Origin: the human T2T-CHM13v2.0 reference genome, Homo sapiens
Assembly: GCF_009914755.1 (NCBI RefSeq)
Contig: NC_060925.1
Length of the DNA: 64,000 nucleotides
Direction: 5' to 3' (one strand)
Below, piece after piece: positions 51,969 to 64,000 of this stretch (within the stretch, counting starts at the first letter, position 1; each line of letters opens with the position of its first letter). The notes beneath the pieces are model-generated. The model ran no database searches. It was not told where the DNA came from and saw only the letters and a program-made list of their open reading frames with translations. Made by a program: the position numbers and the translations under genes.

Positions 51969-54900
51969 TGCCTTAGTCTGTTTTCTGTTACTATAAAAGA
52001 ATACCACAGACTGGATAACTTATAAATAAACTTACTTGGCTTATGGTTTGGGAGACTGAGAAGTCCAAGAACATGCCACCAGCACCTGGTGAAAGTCTTC
52101 TTACTGCACCATAGCATGGCAAAAGGGTATCACATATTAAGAAGAAAAAGTGTGTTTGTCACCTTAGGTCTCTTCTTCTTTTTATAAAGCCCCAAGTCGC
52201 ATCATGAGTGTCCCATCCCAATGACTTTATCTAATTCTAATTACCTCTCAAAGACTGAAATTCCAGTCAACATATTAATTTAGAGATTAAGTTTCCAACA
52301 CATAAAGTTTGGGGGACACATTCAAACCATAGCATTCTACCCTTGGCCCCCAAAATTCATCTCCTTTCATGTGCAAAATACATTAATCCATCCCAACAAC
52401 TCCAGTCTTAACTCGATCCAGCACCAACTCAAAAGCCCAAAGTCCAGAGTTTCATCTAAATCAGATATGGGTGTGCTTAAGGCATGATTAATCCTGAGGC
52501 AAATTTTCTTCAGCTATGAACCTGTGAAATCAAAACAAGTTAAGTACTTTACAAAATACAATGATGGGGCAGGCATAGGATAGACATTTCCATTTCAAAA
52601 GAGGGAAGGAGGCTAGAAGAAAGGGGCAACTGATCCCAAGTAAGTTCAAAACCCAACAAGGAGCACAAATTAAGTTGAAAAACTAAAGAATAATCTTTCG
52701 CTCTGTGTGCCACCTCTCAGATACATGGAGGTGAAAGTTGTGTTCCCAAGGCTTTGGGTAGCCTGACACATGGCTTTACTCAGCTCAACCCACACTTCAG
52801 TTCTCCCAGTCTGCAATGGCACACTGGTGGCTGTGCAGTTCTGGAGTCCCAATAGTGATCTACTAGGCATTGCCTGGTGGGCACTCTCTGTGGCAGCTCT
52901 GACCCCACATTTCTTTTTTGTTTACATTTTTTATTTCAATAGCTTTGGGGGTACAAGTGGATTTTTTGACATGGATGAATTATATAGTGTTGAATTTTGA
53001 GATTTTAGTGCACGTCACCCAAGTAGTGTACATTATACCTAATGTGTAATTTTTTACCCTGAGCCTCCCTGCCACCCTCCCTATCCTGAGTCTTTAATGT
53101 CCATTATATCAGTCTGTATGCCTTTGCGTATACATAACTTAGTTCCCACTTATAAGTGAGAACATATGGTTTTTGGTTTACCACTCCTGTGTCACTTGAC
53201 TTAGAATAATGGTCTCCAGCTCCATCCAAGTTTCTGCAAAAGACATCATTTCATTCTTTTTAATGGGTGAGTCATAGTCCATGGTATGTGTGTGTATATA
53301 TATATTACATTTTTTTAATCAACTTTAGTTGATGGGCACATAAGTTGGTTCCACATTGTTGCAGTTGTGAATTGTGCCGCTATAACCATACGTGCACCAG
53401 TGTCTTACTGATATAACAACTTACTTTATTTTGGGTAGATACCCAGTAGTGGGATTGCTAGATCGAATGGTAGATTTACTTTTAGTTCTTTAAGGAATCT
53501 CCATACTGTTTTCCGTAGGGGTAGTACTAATTCACATTCCTACCAGTAGTGAACAAGCGTTCCTTTTACTCCACATCCACACCCATGCCTATTGTTTGCT
53601 GGCTTTTTAATAATGGCCATTCTTGCAGAAGCAAGGTGATCTCATTGTGGTTTTAATTTGCATTTCACTGATGATTAGTGATGTTGAGCATTTTTTCATA
53701 TGCTTCTTGGCCTCTTCTTTCATATGCTTCTTGGCCTTTATTGTATCTCTTCTTTTGAGAAATGTTTATTTTTGTCCTTTGCTCACTTTTTGATGGGATT
53801 ATTTGTTTTTTTTCCTGCTGATTTGTTTGAATTCCTTGTATATTCTGGATAGTAGTTATTTGTTGGTTTTGTAATTTGGAAAAATATTTTCTCCTATTCT
53901 GTGGGTTGTCTATTTACTCTGTTGATTTTATTTCTTTTGCTGTGCAGAAGCTTTTTAGTTTAATTAGGTCCCATTTATTTATTTTTGTTTTTGTTGCATT
54001 TGCTTTTGGTGACCCCACATTTCTTCTCAGCATTGCTGTAGCAGGTACTCTGTGGTGGCTCTATGTCTGCAACAAATCTCTACTTTGTCCCCCAGGCTGT
54101 TTGCAACACCCTTTGAAATCTAGGTGTTGAAATCTAGGCCATGACTCCTCTTGCATTCTGCATACCTGCAGAATGATCACCAGATAGATTCTGCCAACTT
54201 TTATGATTGTACTTTTCTGAGTGAAGACTGGAGCCACACTTGGGGCTCCTTCAGCCACAGCTGTGGTAGCTGAGGAGCACTACACTGAAATGCAAGGAGC
54301 AGAGAACCAAGGAAGCTCTGGGCAGAGACCCATTTTCCAAAATCATTCTGCCCTTTTAGAGTTCTGGACTCATGATAAAAAGGCAGTTTTAAAGATCTCT
54401 GAAATGACTGCAGGGTATTTCTCCCACTGTCTTGATTCTTTTTGTCAGTACTAATCTTCTTAGAAAACTGTCACTGGACCATATTCTTGGTTTCTTCTGC
54501 TGAAAAATGTTTTCTTTCTCTACCACATGGCCAGGCTGTGAATCTTGCAAATTTTCATGCTCTGTTTTGTTTCTCATCTTACTGTAAGTCTTTAAAAGTG
54601 GCCATGCAGTAGTCTGAATGCTTTGCTGCTTAGATATTTCCTTCTGCCATATAACCTGGTTTATTGCCCTGAAATTCTGCATTCTATAAAGCCCTTGGGC
54701 ATGAGCACATGTCAGCCATGTTCTTTGAGACACAACCACATAAGTCATTTCAAAGAAGTTGCAGAATTCCCTTAGTCTTCTTGTTGAGCCATTACCAGAA
54801 TTGCCCATAATGCTTAGTTTGTGGAAATACAGTCATTTTCTAGTCTGTTCCTCCAAATTGCTCCAGCCTTTACCCATTAGCCAGTTTCAAAGCAACTTCC

Positions 54901-55301
54901 ACATTTTCAGGCTATTTGTTATAGCAAAAACTCCACCTCTCTATACCAATTTTCTTAGTCTATTTTCTATTGTGATAGCAGAATACCACAGACTGGATAA
55001 TTTATGAAGAAAATAAGTTATTTAGTTCACAGTTCTGTGGGCTGGGATTCCCAAGAGCATAGTGCCAGCAACTGGTGAGGACCTCCTTACTACATCATAA
55101 CATAGCAGAGGGCATCACATGGTGCGAGGGCAAGAACAAGCCTGTCACCTCAGGTCTCTCTTTCTCTTTTTATGAAGCCCCACTCTAATGATCTTATCAA
55201 ATCCTAATTACCCCCTGAAGACCCTACCTCCAATCAACATATGAATTTGGGGATTAAGTGTTCAGCACATGAAATTTGGGAGACATATTCAAATCATAGC
55301 A
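51969..55301 (-). mobile_element. MST (MSTC-like) MaLR provirus: LTR-internal-LTR
   Basis: Two similar LTRs (51969-52334 and ~54951-55301, both with agaataccacagactggataa and ending catagca); MST-internal sequence between; polypurine tract ggggccaagggtagaa on the minus strand next to the left LTR. Confidence 0.88.
52916..54009 (-). mobile_element. 5'-truncated L1PB (L1PB1-like) inserted in the MST internal region
   Basis: atttcaatagctttgggggtacaagtgg...acatggatgaattatatagtg 3'UTR; perfect 16-bp TSD tgaccccacatttctt at 52900-52915 and 54010-54025. Confidence 0.93.
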
Positions 55302-55701
55302 CAGTTCTTTGTGCTTATCTTCACTCAATTCTAAGCTAAAGGATTTTCTGGAATCAAGACCAAAATAGTCTCAGCCACCTATAAGTGTAATGTAATCAGA
55401 GATTATACCACAAGCTTTTCTGATTCCACCTATTCTTCTTCCTATTTTCCAAACCGTCTCCTTTTCATGCCACAAAAGACCCTTACCAACTGATCTGGGA
55501 AACTCAGCCCCCATTGGATCCAAATATTCAGTAGGAAACGATATAATGACTTTAGGGCTAGTTTTGAAGGGCTTCTTTCCAAGACTTAAATAAGTTTTAG
55601 ACTTTCCAGGAAATAGCTACTCCCTTGCTCATCTCTCCATGTGGTGGTGGGAAGAAACAGTTTTTGTTATATTTGTTTTGTATTCTGTACTGTATCATCT
55701 A

Positions 55702-55994
55702 TTTTTTTTTTTTTGACAGAGTTTCACTCTTGTTGCCTGTGCTGAAGTGCAATGGCTCAATCTTGGCTTACTGCAACCTCCGCCTCCTGGGTTCAAGTGA
55801 GTCTACTGCCTCAGCCCACTGAGTACCTGGGATTACAGGCATCTGCCACCATGCCCAGCTAATTTTTTGTATTTTTAGTAAACACGGCTTTCACCATCTT
55901 GGCCAGGCTGGTGTTGAACTCCTGATCTCAGCTAATCTGCCCGCCTCAGCCTCCCAAAGTGCTGGGATTACAGGCGTGAGCCACCACGCCCGGC
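55702..55994 (-). mobile_element. AluSp/Sq-like element
   Basis: gagtttcactcttgttgcc...gtgcaatggc; TSD tatcatctatttttt / tattttctatttttt. Confidence 0.93.
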
Positions 55995-56027
55995 TATTTT
56001 CTATTTTTTATAACATTTCTACAAGAG

Positions 56028-56150
56028 AGGTATTTCCTATTCCTTATGTCACATAAGTAAAATGAAACTCAGAGAAATTTAATTATTTGCCTCAAATTGC
56101 ACAACCAAGACTTGACTACAGATGTTATAATGTCAAATCAATGAGAATTT
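56028..56150 (-). mobile_element. MIR fragment
   Basis: atgaaactcagagaaatttaattatttgcctcaaattgcaca. Confidence 0.5.
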
Positions 56151-59100
56151 CTATGGCATACATGTATTTTTTTATTCTAAGAATGATAACTGAAAATAAT
56201 GAAAGCAAAAACTGCCTATAACAAGAAAATTTTTATTTCAAATTATATTTAAACTATGTTTAACACTCTTACTGAACACTGTATATTTGATGAAGTATTT
56301 TACAATATTGTACTATCAGTTTTTCATATTATTCTCCCTGAGTGAAACCTGTTTCATATCATTGACCCCCTTTAAACAGTATATGTGACTTAGAAAGACC
56401 TTTTTAAAAAATATCTTTATTCCTAAACTTCACTAAAAAAAAAAAAAAACACTTTGTCTCCTTCCATTCTCATCCAAAGAACATTTAAAATAAATTAATT
56501 TTCTTTAATTTGCTTCAAAGAACAAAGGCTCTTTATGATAAGATCAGATTAACTTTCATTGAACCTCTATTTCTAAATAGGTATCCAGAGATTAAAAAAA
56601 AATAGAGATAAAACAAAGAAGTCCTAAAATTTCTGTCTAGTAGGGTGAATGTTCTCTGTAGTAATAGATTTTTTCATATTCTTGTCAATAGAATTGGAGA
56701 AAAAAAGTGTAAATCTAGAGCATTTCATTTGAGTACTAATAGGTACCAAAAGAAAATGGTAACTGACTTCCCTTTATAGTGCCACTCTAAAAGCTGTCAC
56801 TTTAGTAAATTTCAGGAAAAAGGAAAGAGAAAAGAAAGAAAACTTTCTCATCCAAGAAACAAGCATGTTCACCCTAAACTAACTTGATCTTTCTTATTAA
56901 CCAAATAATTTTAGAAATGTTGTAAAGAAGAAAGAGGCAGGACTTCTGGCTATGGACAAATGAGGAGATTGGCAAATTTTCCCTTCCAAAAAGCAATGAT
57001 AAAATGGAATACAGTTAATGAAAACATCTATTTTTATGCTCTTTTAATTGACCAAAGGCGATTTTTGAGAGGCTCTTCTGCTTTAGAACTGCTTCACTTT
57101 GGGTAGTGACAGTGTGAATTTGTAGTGTTCATGCCTGTGGCTACTCCTCACAGTTCTATTTGGAGTGATAAAGAATTCTCTTAGGAAATGGCATTGTTGA
57201 TGAAATAGACAACCTTTGTGGTTTGGAAGCGGGGAGGAATAGTGGTTCTACTTGCTTGAGGTTGTGGTCATTGTTGAGGCATAGACATGCTTGTTTCAGA
57301 CATGCAAGGTGGAAACTATACAGGGCCCAAGCTCTCCATATACTCTTAACTCAACTCTGTGTGCAGTCATGAAGGATACTTGAAAAGAACCAGTGGAAAG
57401 TAAAAGAGATATCAGATTGGAAAAAAATACCCTGAGGTTTGAATGTATATCTCTAAATACAAATAGATATACCAAAAGCCTTACTGGCTCAAGGCTCTTG
57501 AGCACAATTTCTCTCAAATCATTAGCTTGCCACCTAATTATACAGACACAGAAGTGACTGCTAGAAAATTTGACTTACATTTAGCAAGAATTAAAAACAG
57601 AACAAAACATGGACAGACAAACAAAAACTTAACATGGATATTAGGGAGTACAAACTATGGAGGAGACAGATTTCATAGATTTAGCTCAGGTAAATCTGAA
57701 CCCTAAAACAAACAAACAAAAAATACAACCAACCAACAAACAATCCTAGCAAATTTATAAAAAGGTAAAAACAAAACATCAATTTATAAGGAGAAAAATA
57801 GAATTCAGAGTTGCTATGATATGCTGTCTATAAAAAAATTGAGACATCCAAAGATACAGGACAGTTAAGGAGGGAGAAACAGTCAGTAGATATTTATTTT
57901 ATCAAATAAAGACTTCAGAAAAGCTATGAAAAATAAGTTTAAAAATAGAAGAAAATCATGCCTAAAGAGTTAATAGTGTAATAACAATGAATCAACAAAC
58001 ACAAAACAAAATAAGGACAGATAAATTATTTGAAGAGGACCAAATGGAAATTATGGAGTTTAAAAAAAATGCAATTGAAATTTAGAAAATTCAGAAGAAC
58101 TCAGCAGCAGATTTGAGGTGGCAGAATAATTAGTGAGTTTGAAGGTAGATCAATACAAACTATTCAACTGAAGAAAAAAAACACAGAAGATAAATAAATT
58201 AAAGAAAAACGAGCAAAGCCTTAGAAATCAGTAAAACACCATAAAGTATATCAATATATGTATAAAGAAAAAATCAAAGGAAGAGAAAGAGACAAAAAAT
58301 TTGAAAAAAAATAGCTGACAAATTTCCAAATTAATGAAGACATTTCTGTATACTTTTGAATATAAAAAATAGACCCTAAATCCTTGGTAGAATAAATACA
58401 CAGAGAAACATACCTAGATGTATCAACCTGTTCAAAACAAAGCATCAGGTCTTGAAAGCACCAAGAATAAAACAGTCCATTGCTTATACATTGGATTACC
58501 ATCTGAAACAATGGAGCACACAAAACAGTGAAATGACATATTCAAAGTTCTAAAAGCAAAACAAACCCACTTTGAAAACAAGGAATTCTCTCTCTAGCAA
58601 AACTCTTCTTTAAAAATGAAGGCAAGGTAAGGATACTTAGAAATAAACAAAGGCTAAGATAGTTTGTTCATAGCAGACCTTCCTTTGAATACTAAAATCC
58701 ATGAGACTAAAAGGAATTGATATTAGATAGTAATTTGAACCCACAGAAATAAATAAAAAAATCTCAGAAGTGTTAAATATATGTCGATTATATTTAACAC
58801 TATCTCAGAAGTGTTAAATATATTTTGTTGATTAACAAAAGGCAATACATATGTATTTGTTTATTTCTTCTCTTAACTTCTTTAAAATATATGACTGATT
58901 AAAGCAATAATTACAATACTATATTATGAGGTGAATAATTAAAGAATGTAAAACCAGAGCAAGGTGAAGACAGGAAATAATAGAGATTAGAGCAGATATC
59001 CATGAAATTAAGAAAATACAATATATAAAATTAATGAAACAAAAAAATTGTTCTTGGAATATGTTAACAAAACTCACAAACCTTAGCTAGACTGACTAAG

Positions 59101-59579
59101 AAGAAAAGATTGACAACACAAATTACCAAAAGGAGAAATAAAGCTAGAGACATCACTACCAACCCTACACAACTGAAAAGGATAAAGGTGGATATACTTA
59201 ACAACTTTATGACAATAAATTGGACAACCTAGATAAAATAGACACATTCCTATGAAGGTACCAACTACCAAAATGACTCAACACAAAGCACAAAATCTGT
59301 TAGACCCATAAAATAAGTAACAAAATTAAACTTGTAATTAGAAATAGTCCCCGTCAAATAAGCCCAGGTTCAGGTAGTTTCATGTGTAAATTTTATAAAA
59401 TATTTAAAGAATAAACAATACACAACTGGTCTTCAAAAGTTTTGAAGAGGGGGGACTACTTTCCAACTTATTTTAGGAGGTCAGTATTATTCTGAGACCA
59501 AATCTAGACAAAAGACATGACAGAAAATGAAACTAAAGATAAGTACGCATCATAAAAAATACACAAAAATTCTTAACAA

Positions 59580-59891
59580 GGACTAGGGTGGCACCTCATG
59601 CCAGTAATTGCAACACTTTTAAGACAGAGGTGAGAAGATAGCTTGAGGCCGAGAGTTTGAGACCAGCCTAGCCAACATAGAAAGATCCTATTCTACAAAA
59701 ACATTAAAAAAACAAATCAGGCATGGTGGTGTGTGCCTGTGGTCCCAAATACTTGAGAGGCTGAGGTGGGAGATTTGCTTAAGCCCAGGATGTTGTCTGC
59801 AGTTAGCTACAATGGCACCACTGCACTCCAGCCTCTGTGAGAATGTGAGGCCCTGTCTAAAAAAAATACAAACACTAAAAATAAAGAAAAG
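59580..59891 (+). mobile_element. AluJ
   Basis: gatagcttgaggcc...tttgcttaagcccagga...gaggccctgtct; TSD aaaaattcttaaca / aaaaattcttcata. Confidence 0.88.
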
Positions 59892-60035
59892 AAAAATTCT
59901 TCATATAATATCAGCAAAATATCAATTAATTGTTAAAAAGATTGTACACTATAACACTGTGATATTTCTCAGGGATGGACGTTTAATTAACAACTGAAAA
60001 CTAATTAATGACTTCATCATATTAATATAATAAAT

Positions 60036-60240
60036 CATGTTTGGTAAATGTTTTTCTATAATAAGCCAAATAGTAAATATTTTAGACTTTACAGTCCATG
60101 TGACAGCTGTTAGAAATTATTCAGCTATGTTGAGTAAGTAAATGGGCACGTCTGTGTTCCGGTAAATATTTGTTTACAAAAGTATTTACTCACAGGTGGA
60201 AGGCAGAACTTGGAACATGATTTGTGTTTGCCAATCCTAG
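60036..60240. mobile_element. MER58A (hAT-Charlie MITE)
   Basis: gccaaatagtaaatattttagacttt...aatgggcacgtctgtgttcc...tttacaaaa...gtttgccaatcc. Confidence 0.8.
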
Positions 60241-60347
60241 GAGAAAGAAGAAAGGAAAAACAACATAATCATCTCAAAAGAAAAAAATTATCAAAATCCA
60301 TTATCTTGTCATGATAAAAACTCACAAGAATTTAGGAAGATGAGTGG

Positions 60348-60399
60348 GGCCCAGTGGCTCAATGGATAACATGTCTGACTACGGATCAGAAGATTCTAG
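60348..60399 (+). pseudogene. 3'-truncated (tailless) tRNA-Arg(ACG) retropseudogene
   Basis: ccagtggctcaatggataacatgtctgactacggatcagaagattctag matches the first ~52 nt of tRNA-Arg-ACG (GGGCCAGTGGCGCAATGGATAACGCGTCTGACTACGGATCAGAAGATTCTAG); no T-loop or acceptor 3' strand; flanked by direct repeats. Confidence 0.92.
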
Positions 60400-60789
60400 A
60401 AGTTAGGAAGAGAAGGGAACGCCATCAACCAGCTAAAACATGAAAAACCCATAGTTAACATCATGGTAAATGGTGAAAGACTGAATGCTTTCCCCTTAAG
60501 ATCAGGAACAGGACAGTAATGCCTACCCTCACTACCTTTATTCATCAAGGCACTGGTAGTTCTTGCCAGTAAAATAATGTATCCCCTAACCCTTATCCGC
60601 CTCAAAAATCAAAAAGCTATCCATATTGGGAGGTAAAACTATCTTTATTCACAATCATATAAACTAACATAAAACTTAGTATGCAAGTTTAAGTTTAAAG
60701 TTAAACTTTAAATCACAAGATAGAAAATATTTGAAAGTAAAAGTGTCTATATCACAAAAAAAGAAAGAAGTAGTATCAGAACAACGTGT

Positions 60790-63306
60790 CCAAATGGTGA
60801 CTACTTTTTTGCTCACTTTTATCCATGATTGCAGAGGAAGAAAGGGTGTCCTGACAATGAGGCATAAATAGTACAGCCTAGTCAGAAACAACGTAGCTGT
60901 AGCTGCTGGGTCAAGTGAACTCCAAAGCTGAAATAGTGTTTTGAAAATATTAGAAGTTCATTCTGTTGATCCTCAAATAAGCAATTACTCAAAATTGAAA
61001 GTGAATGCAAAGCTTTGCTCACCGATGTGGAGTAATCGTTTCTCCTTTGCCCCCTAATTTATCTCTTCCCTCTAGTCCAAAGTTAGCCCCTTGAAGAAAA
61101 AAGATCAAGGGTTTTGCCAAAATCCCTGTTTCCCCAGTAGGGCTGACAGCCATACACATCCATCTGAATAAGCTGGGGAATTTGGGGGGGGTGAGACACT
61201 CAAACATGTATGGCTCTGTTTGATGTAGGCACACACATCCCCATCTTGTGGAGCAGAGGTACCTGAATTCAACTGATAGGATTTGGACAAATTTCGCAGT
61301 ACAGGAAGAAAGCAAATATGATGTTGTCAGTACAGCCAACTTTCATCCAACTTAATGTAATATTGCTGTGACTTCCACTGCTAAATGAATATTTGGCTTT
61401 GGTTTGCATAATTTTACTATGAATGCTCAAAATCCCAGAGGGGATTATCCTGATCTGGAAAGGTTGCATGGAGAATAGTACTAATAATATCAGCACATCA
61501 CATCCCAAATGAGCTTTGAGATATAGGACTCTGTGATGGATGATTTTGCTGATTGGAACCTATGACAAAGTGAGGCAAATCTGGAAGCACTCATTAATTT
61601 CATACTGCTTAAACATGGCTACAAGGTATACACCAACTGAAAAGTACCTATTAGTGTTCTACTTAAGTAGAACTGAAGTAGAAGTAGTAGTTCTACTTCT
61701 ACTGAAGTAGAACTGAAGGAGAACGCTAATAAAGCAGTAATTATAATACTATATTATATGGCTAATAATTAAAGAAAGCAGAATCCCTAACTTACAGGGG
61801 TCTTATGAGTCTGTGACCTGATGTTCTCCATTTAGGGTGGGCCAACTGAAATTCAATGACTAACAAGATGAGACAGGACAAAAATACTTCTCATGTCAAA
61901 TGGAAGTTCAGGAATAAACAGGCCTCCAGTAGCATGACAGCATTACATGAAAAAGTAATGGTTAGGTCTTTGAGGGACAACGTTAAACCATTCTGCCATC
62001 TGAAGCAACAGTGCCATTTCAGTAAAACCAATTCACAGAAGTCTCCTTAAATGTTTGGAGCTGGTTCACTGATGCATTAGCTAAGCTGAAAACTGATTAC
62101 ATGTACTAAGTTACTGTAGCTGTAACTCAGCACTTGCTGTTCAAAACTGAAAAGGTATGTGGTAACTTCACTCAGTGGGTAGAACTCAAGTAATTTTTAA
62201 TAACTCTGGCTGGTGCTTCTCTTGATGGAGTTTGTTTGTTTTACTTATTCCTGGGATATTTCTTGCAACCTGTTTTGTTTTAAATTTAGAAAACTACAAA
62301 CTAGCAGATTAAAAACAGGTAAACTATCTGAATGACTCATGCAGTTGCTCATGGTAAGTGTCCATTCCCTGATGAGACTAACTGAAATCAAGCTGCTGAT
62401 GGAAACTGCAACACCTAGAATGCCACCATTGTTGCCTGGATCCATCATCATACAGAACATGGAAATATCTTCACAATTATAGACTAGGGAAATAGTAAAA
62501 GATTCTGTTTCTGATGCAGGGGCAACCATTGCATACCAGATTTGTGAGTCTTGCCAAAGTTGGCTGAGTCCAGCTCACTTAGTATTCCAGGTCCATACAC
62601 CTTTGTAAGGAAGTTTGCTCATTGAATGTGTATGCCTCCATAAAAAGATCATTTTCTCTTGGCTGATCCATGGGTTATGATAAAATAAAAAGGAATGGTA
62701 AATGGACCTATTTTAAAAATTCAGGATTCTGTCCTGACCATTCCTGAGTATGATGGTTCATTCTTTCTTCTAATGGCAAATCCAGGTTTGCCTGATGGAT
62801 GCAGTTTTACTGTGGCAGCCCATCCAAGATGTGTCCTAGGAGAGATAAGCTTAATTCTGACTTAGGCTTCTGGAGTTTTTAGTTGGGTTGACATAGTCCT
62901 TTGCCATAAGGCTAATAATCACTTAGTTGAGTACACTGCTCACCAAAGTTACCCACATGGAGCAAAGTCAGGAATATAATATATTTCTGTAATTTTATAA
63001 AATTGTTTTCCTCTTGTATGTGATCAATTCAAATGTAAATTTTGAGTGTAAGGAAGGGCTGATTGAAAAATATAGTATAGTCATAACTATTATAAAGAGC
63101 TGTGCCTAGATTTTGGTAATGGAGGAGAAATAACAACTTAGGAACCTGAGGAGGGAGCATCTCAGATCCCGGAAGCTGTTGGGGTTGGGGGAAGAGACAT
63201 TTATAATGTTTGCCTTTCAAAACTTCTCTATGAACCTTCCTTATGAAATAAAACACTGTGTAGCTCTCCAAAACTATTGAAAGCATCTTAAATGTAGCTA
63301 GGTTTC
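60790..63306 (-). mobile_element. probable ancient ERV internal region (integrase-like, then downstream coding-like remnant); continues at 63882-64000
   Basis: Minus-strand scraps in integrase order: EWQL (~63920), DAFNSFG (~63280), LPY...EENNFIK (~63050-63000), VLYDDGSRQQWWH (~62450). Weak matches, family unassigned. Confidence 0.4.
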
Positions 63307-63881
63307 TGGTCAAGAAAGGGTTAACTTAGAAGGCCTGGATGGCTCAAAACCTTACACATTCCAAAGAAAGGCCTCTGTCCAAGAGGATCCTTTGGCAGGA
63401 TCCTGAGCGATAACTGCTAAGCCCTTGGAATACTCTGCTTGATAGAAATGCTTTTGTATGCCCTAATCAGTTGAGGTTGTCCTAACATTGTGATTTACAG
63501 TGAAGGACTCTTTCTTCTCTGGAGGTGATGAGTATCTGAGGTTAGTTGCACAGCACTGCATGCCTGTGTGACTGATCTCCAATAATATCCCTTTACTGCA
63601 GGGCATGGGTTGGCAACACTTCCAACATTAGACAATGTTGTTGGAAGAATTAAGATCATCCTCATGAAACTCTACTGGGAGGGGACATCTGAAAACTTGG
63701 CCCTGTTTCCTTTGTACCTTGCACCATGAGCCTTTTCCCATTGCTGATTTTGACTGTTATCTTTTCACTGTAATAAAATAATAACATTGAGTATAACAAG
63801 TTTCTTTTCTTTTCTTTTAGTTCTATGAGTCATTATAGTGAATCATTGAACCCAGGGGTGGTCTTGAGGTCCTCTGATATA
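63307..63881 (+). mobile_element. MER77/MER68-like ERVL solo LTR
   Basis: aagaaagggttaacttagaaggcctgg...acattccaaagaaaggcct start; tgtaataaa...tgagtataac...gtgaatcattgaacccaggggtggtcttg end. Confidence 0.75.
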
Positions 63882-64000
63882 GTGTACCATCCCCTGCTAG
63901 ATGCCTCTTACCATGCCCTAATTGCCATTCCCCTGAACATTACTGAAGAGTCAATAGAAAAGATTAGGCGGTGGTCCCAGTTCTTGTACCTTCAGGCAAA

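Larger units (their letters stand above)
56940..60660 (+). mobile_element. ancient L1M (5'UTR, ORF1, partial ORF2) hosting AluJ, MER58A and a tRNA fragment
   Basis: aaccaaatggaaatt-like and aactcagcagcagatttgag (ORF1); aaattggacaacctagataaaatagacacattcct and atggtgaaagactgaatgctttccccttaagatcaggaaca (ORF2). Confidence 0.8.

Noticed and set aside
54061-55007. Several ORFs up to 139 aa
   Set aside because: They lie in the decayed MST internal region; no intact domain is recognisable
60348-60399. Functional tRNA gene
   Set aside because: Lacks the B box/T-loop and acceptor 3' strand, so it cannot form a cloverleaf

Overview
Primate (very probably human) genomic DNA: AT-rich, CpG-poor and repeat-dominated, as expected for a gene desert or the interior of a very long intron. 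I see no host protein-coding exon. The ORF track consists of transposon remnants (L1 ORF1/ORF2, Tigger2 transposase) and chance ORFs. About 4.2-26.6 kb is a pile of nested L1s of several ages. The rest holds Alus, MaLR/ERVL LTRs, a near-complete MST provirus, a near-full-length Tigger2, a Zaphod-like hAT, MIR/L2 relics and, at the right end, a probable decayed ERV internal region. The two best observations are RNA-capture fossils made by L1 machinery. One is a full-length U6 snRNA copy fused to an unusually long (~4.9 kb) old L1PA under one degenerate TSD. The other is a tailless, 3'-truncated tRNA-Arg(ACG) copy with an apparent 5' leader. Also present are a twin-primed L1, deletion-associated insertions, several templated micro-rearrangement scars, a PBX-HOX/MEIS motif cluster in unique DNA and a recursive-splice-like site. 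I found no evidence for a wholly new biological system. Repeat subfamily names come from consensus sequences recalled from memory, and boundaries of old repeats are approximate.
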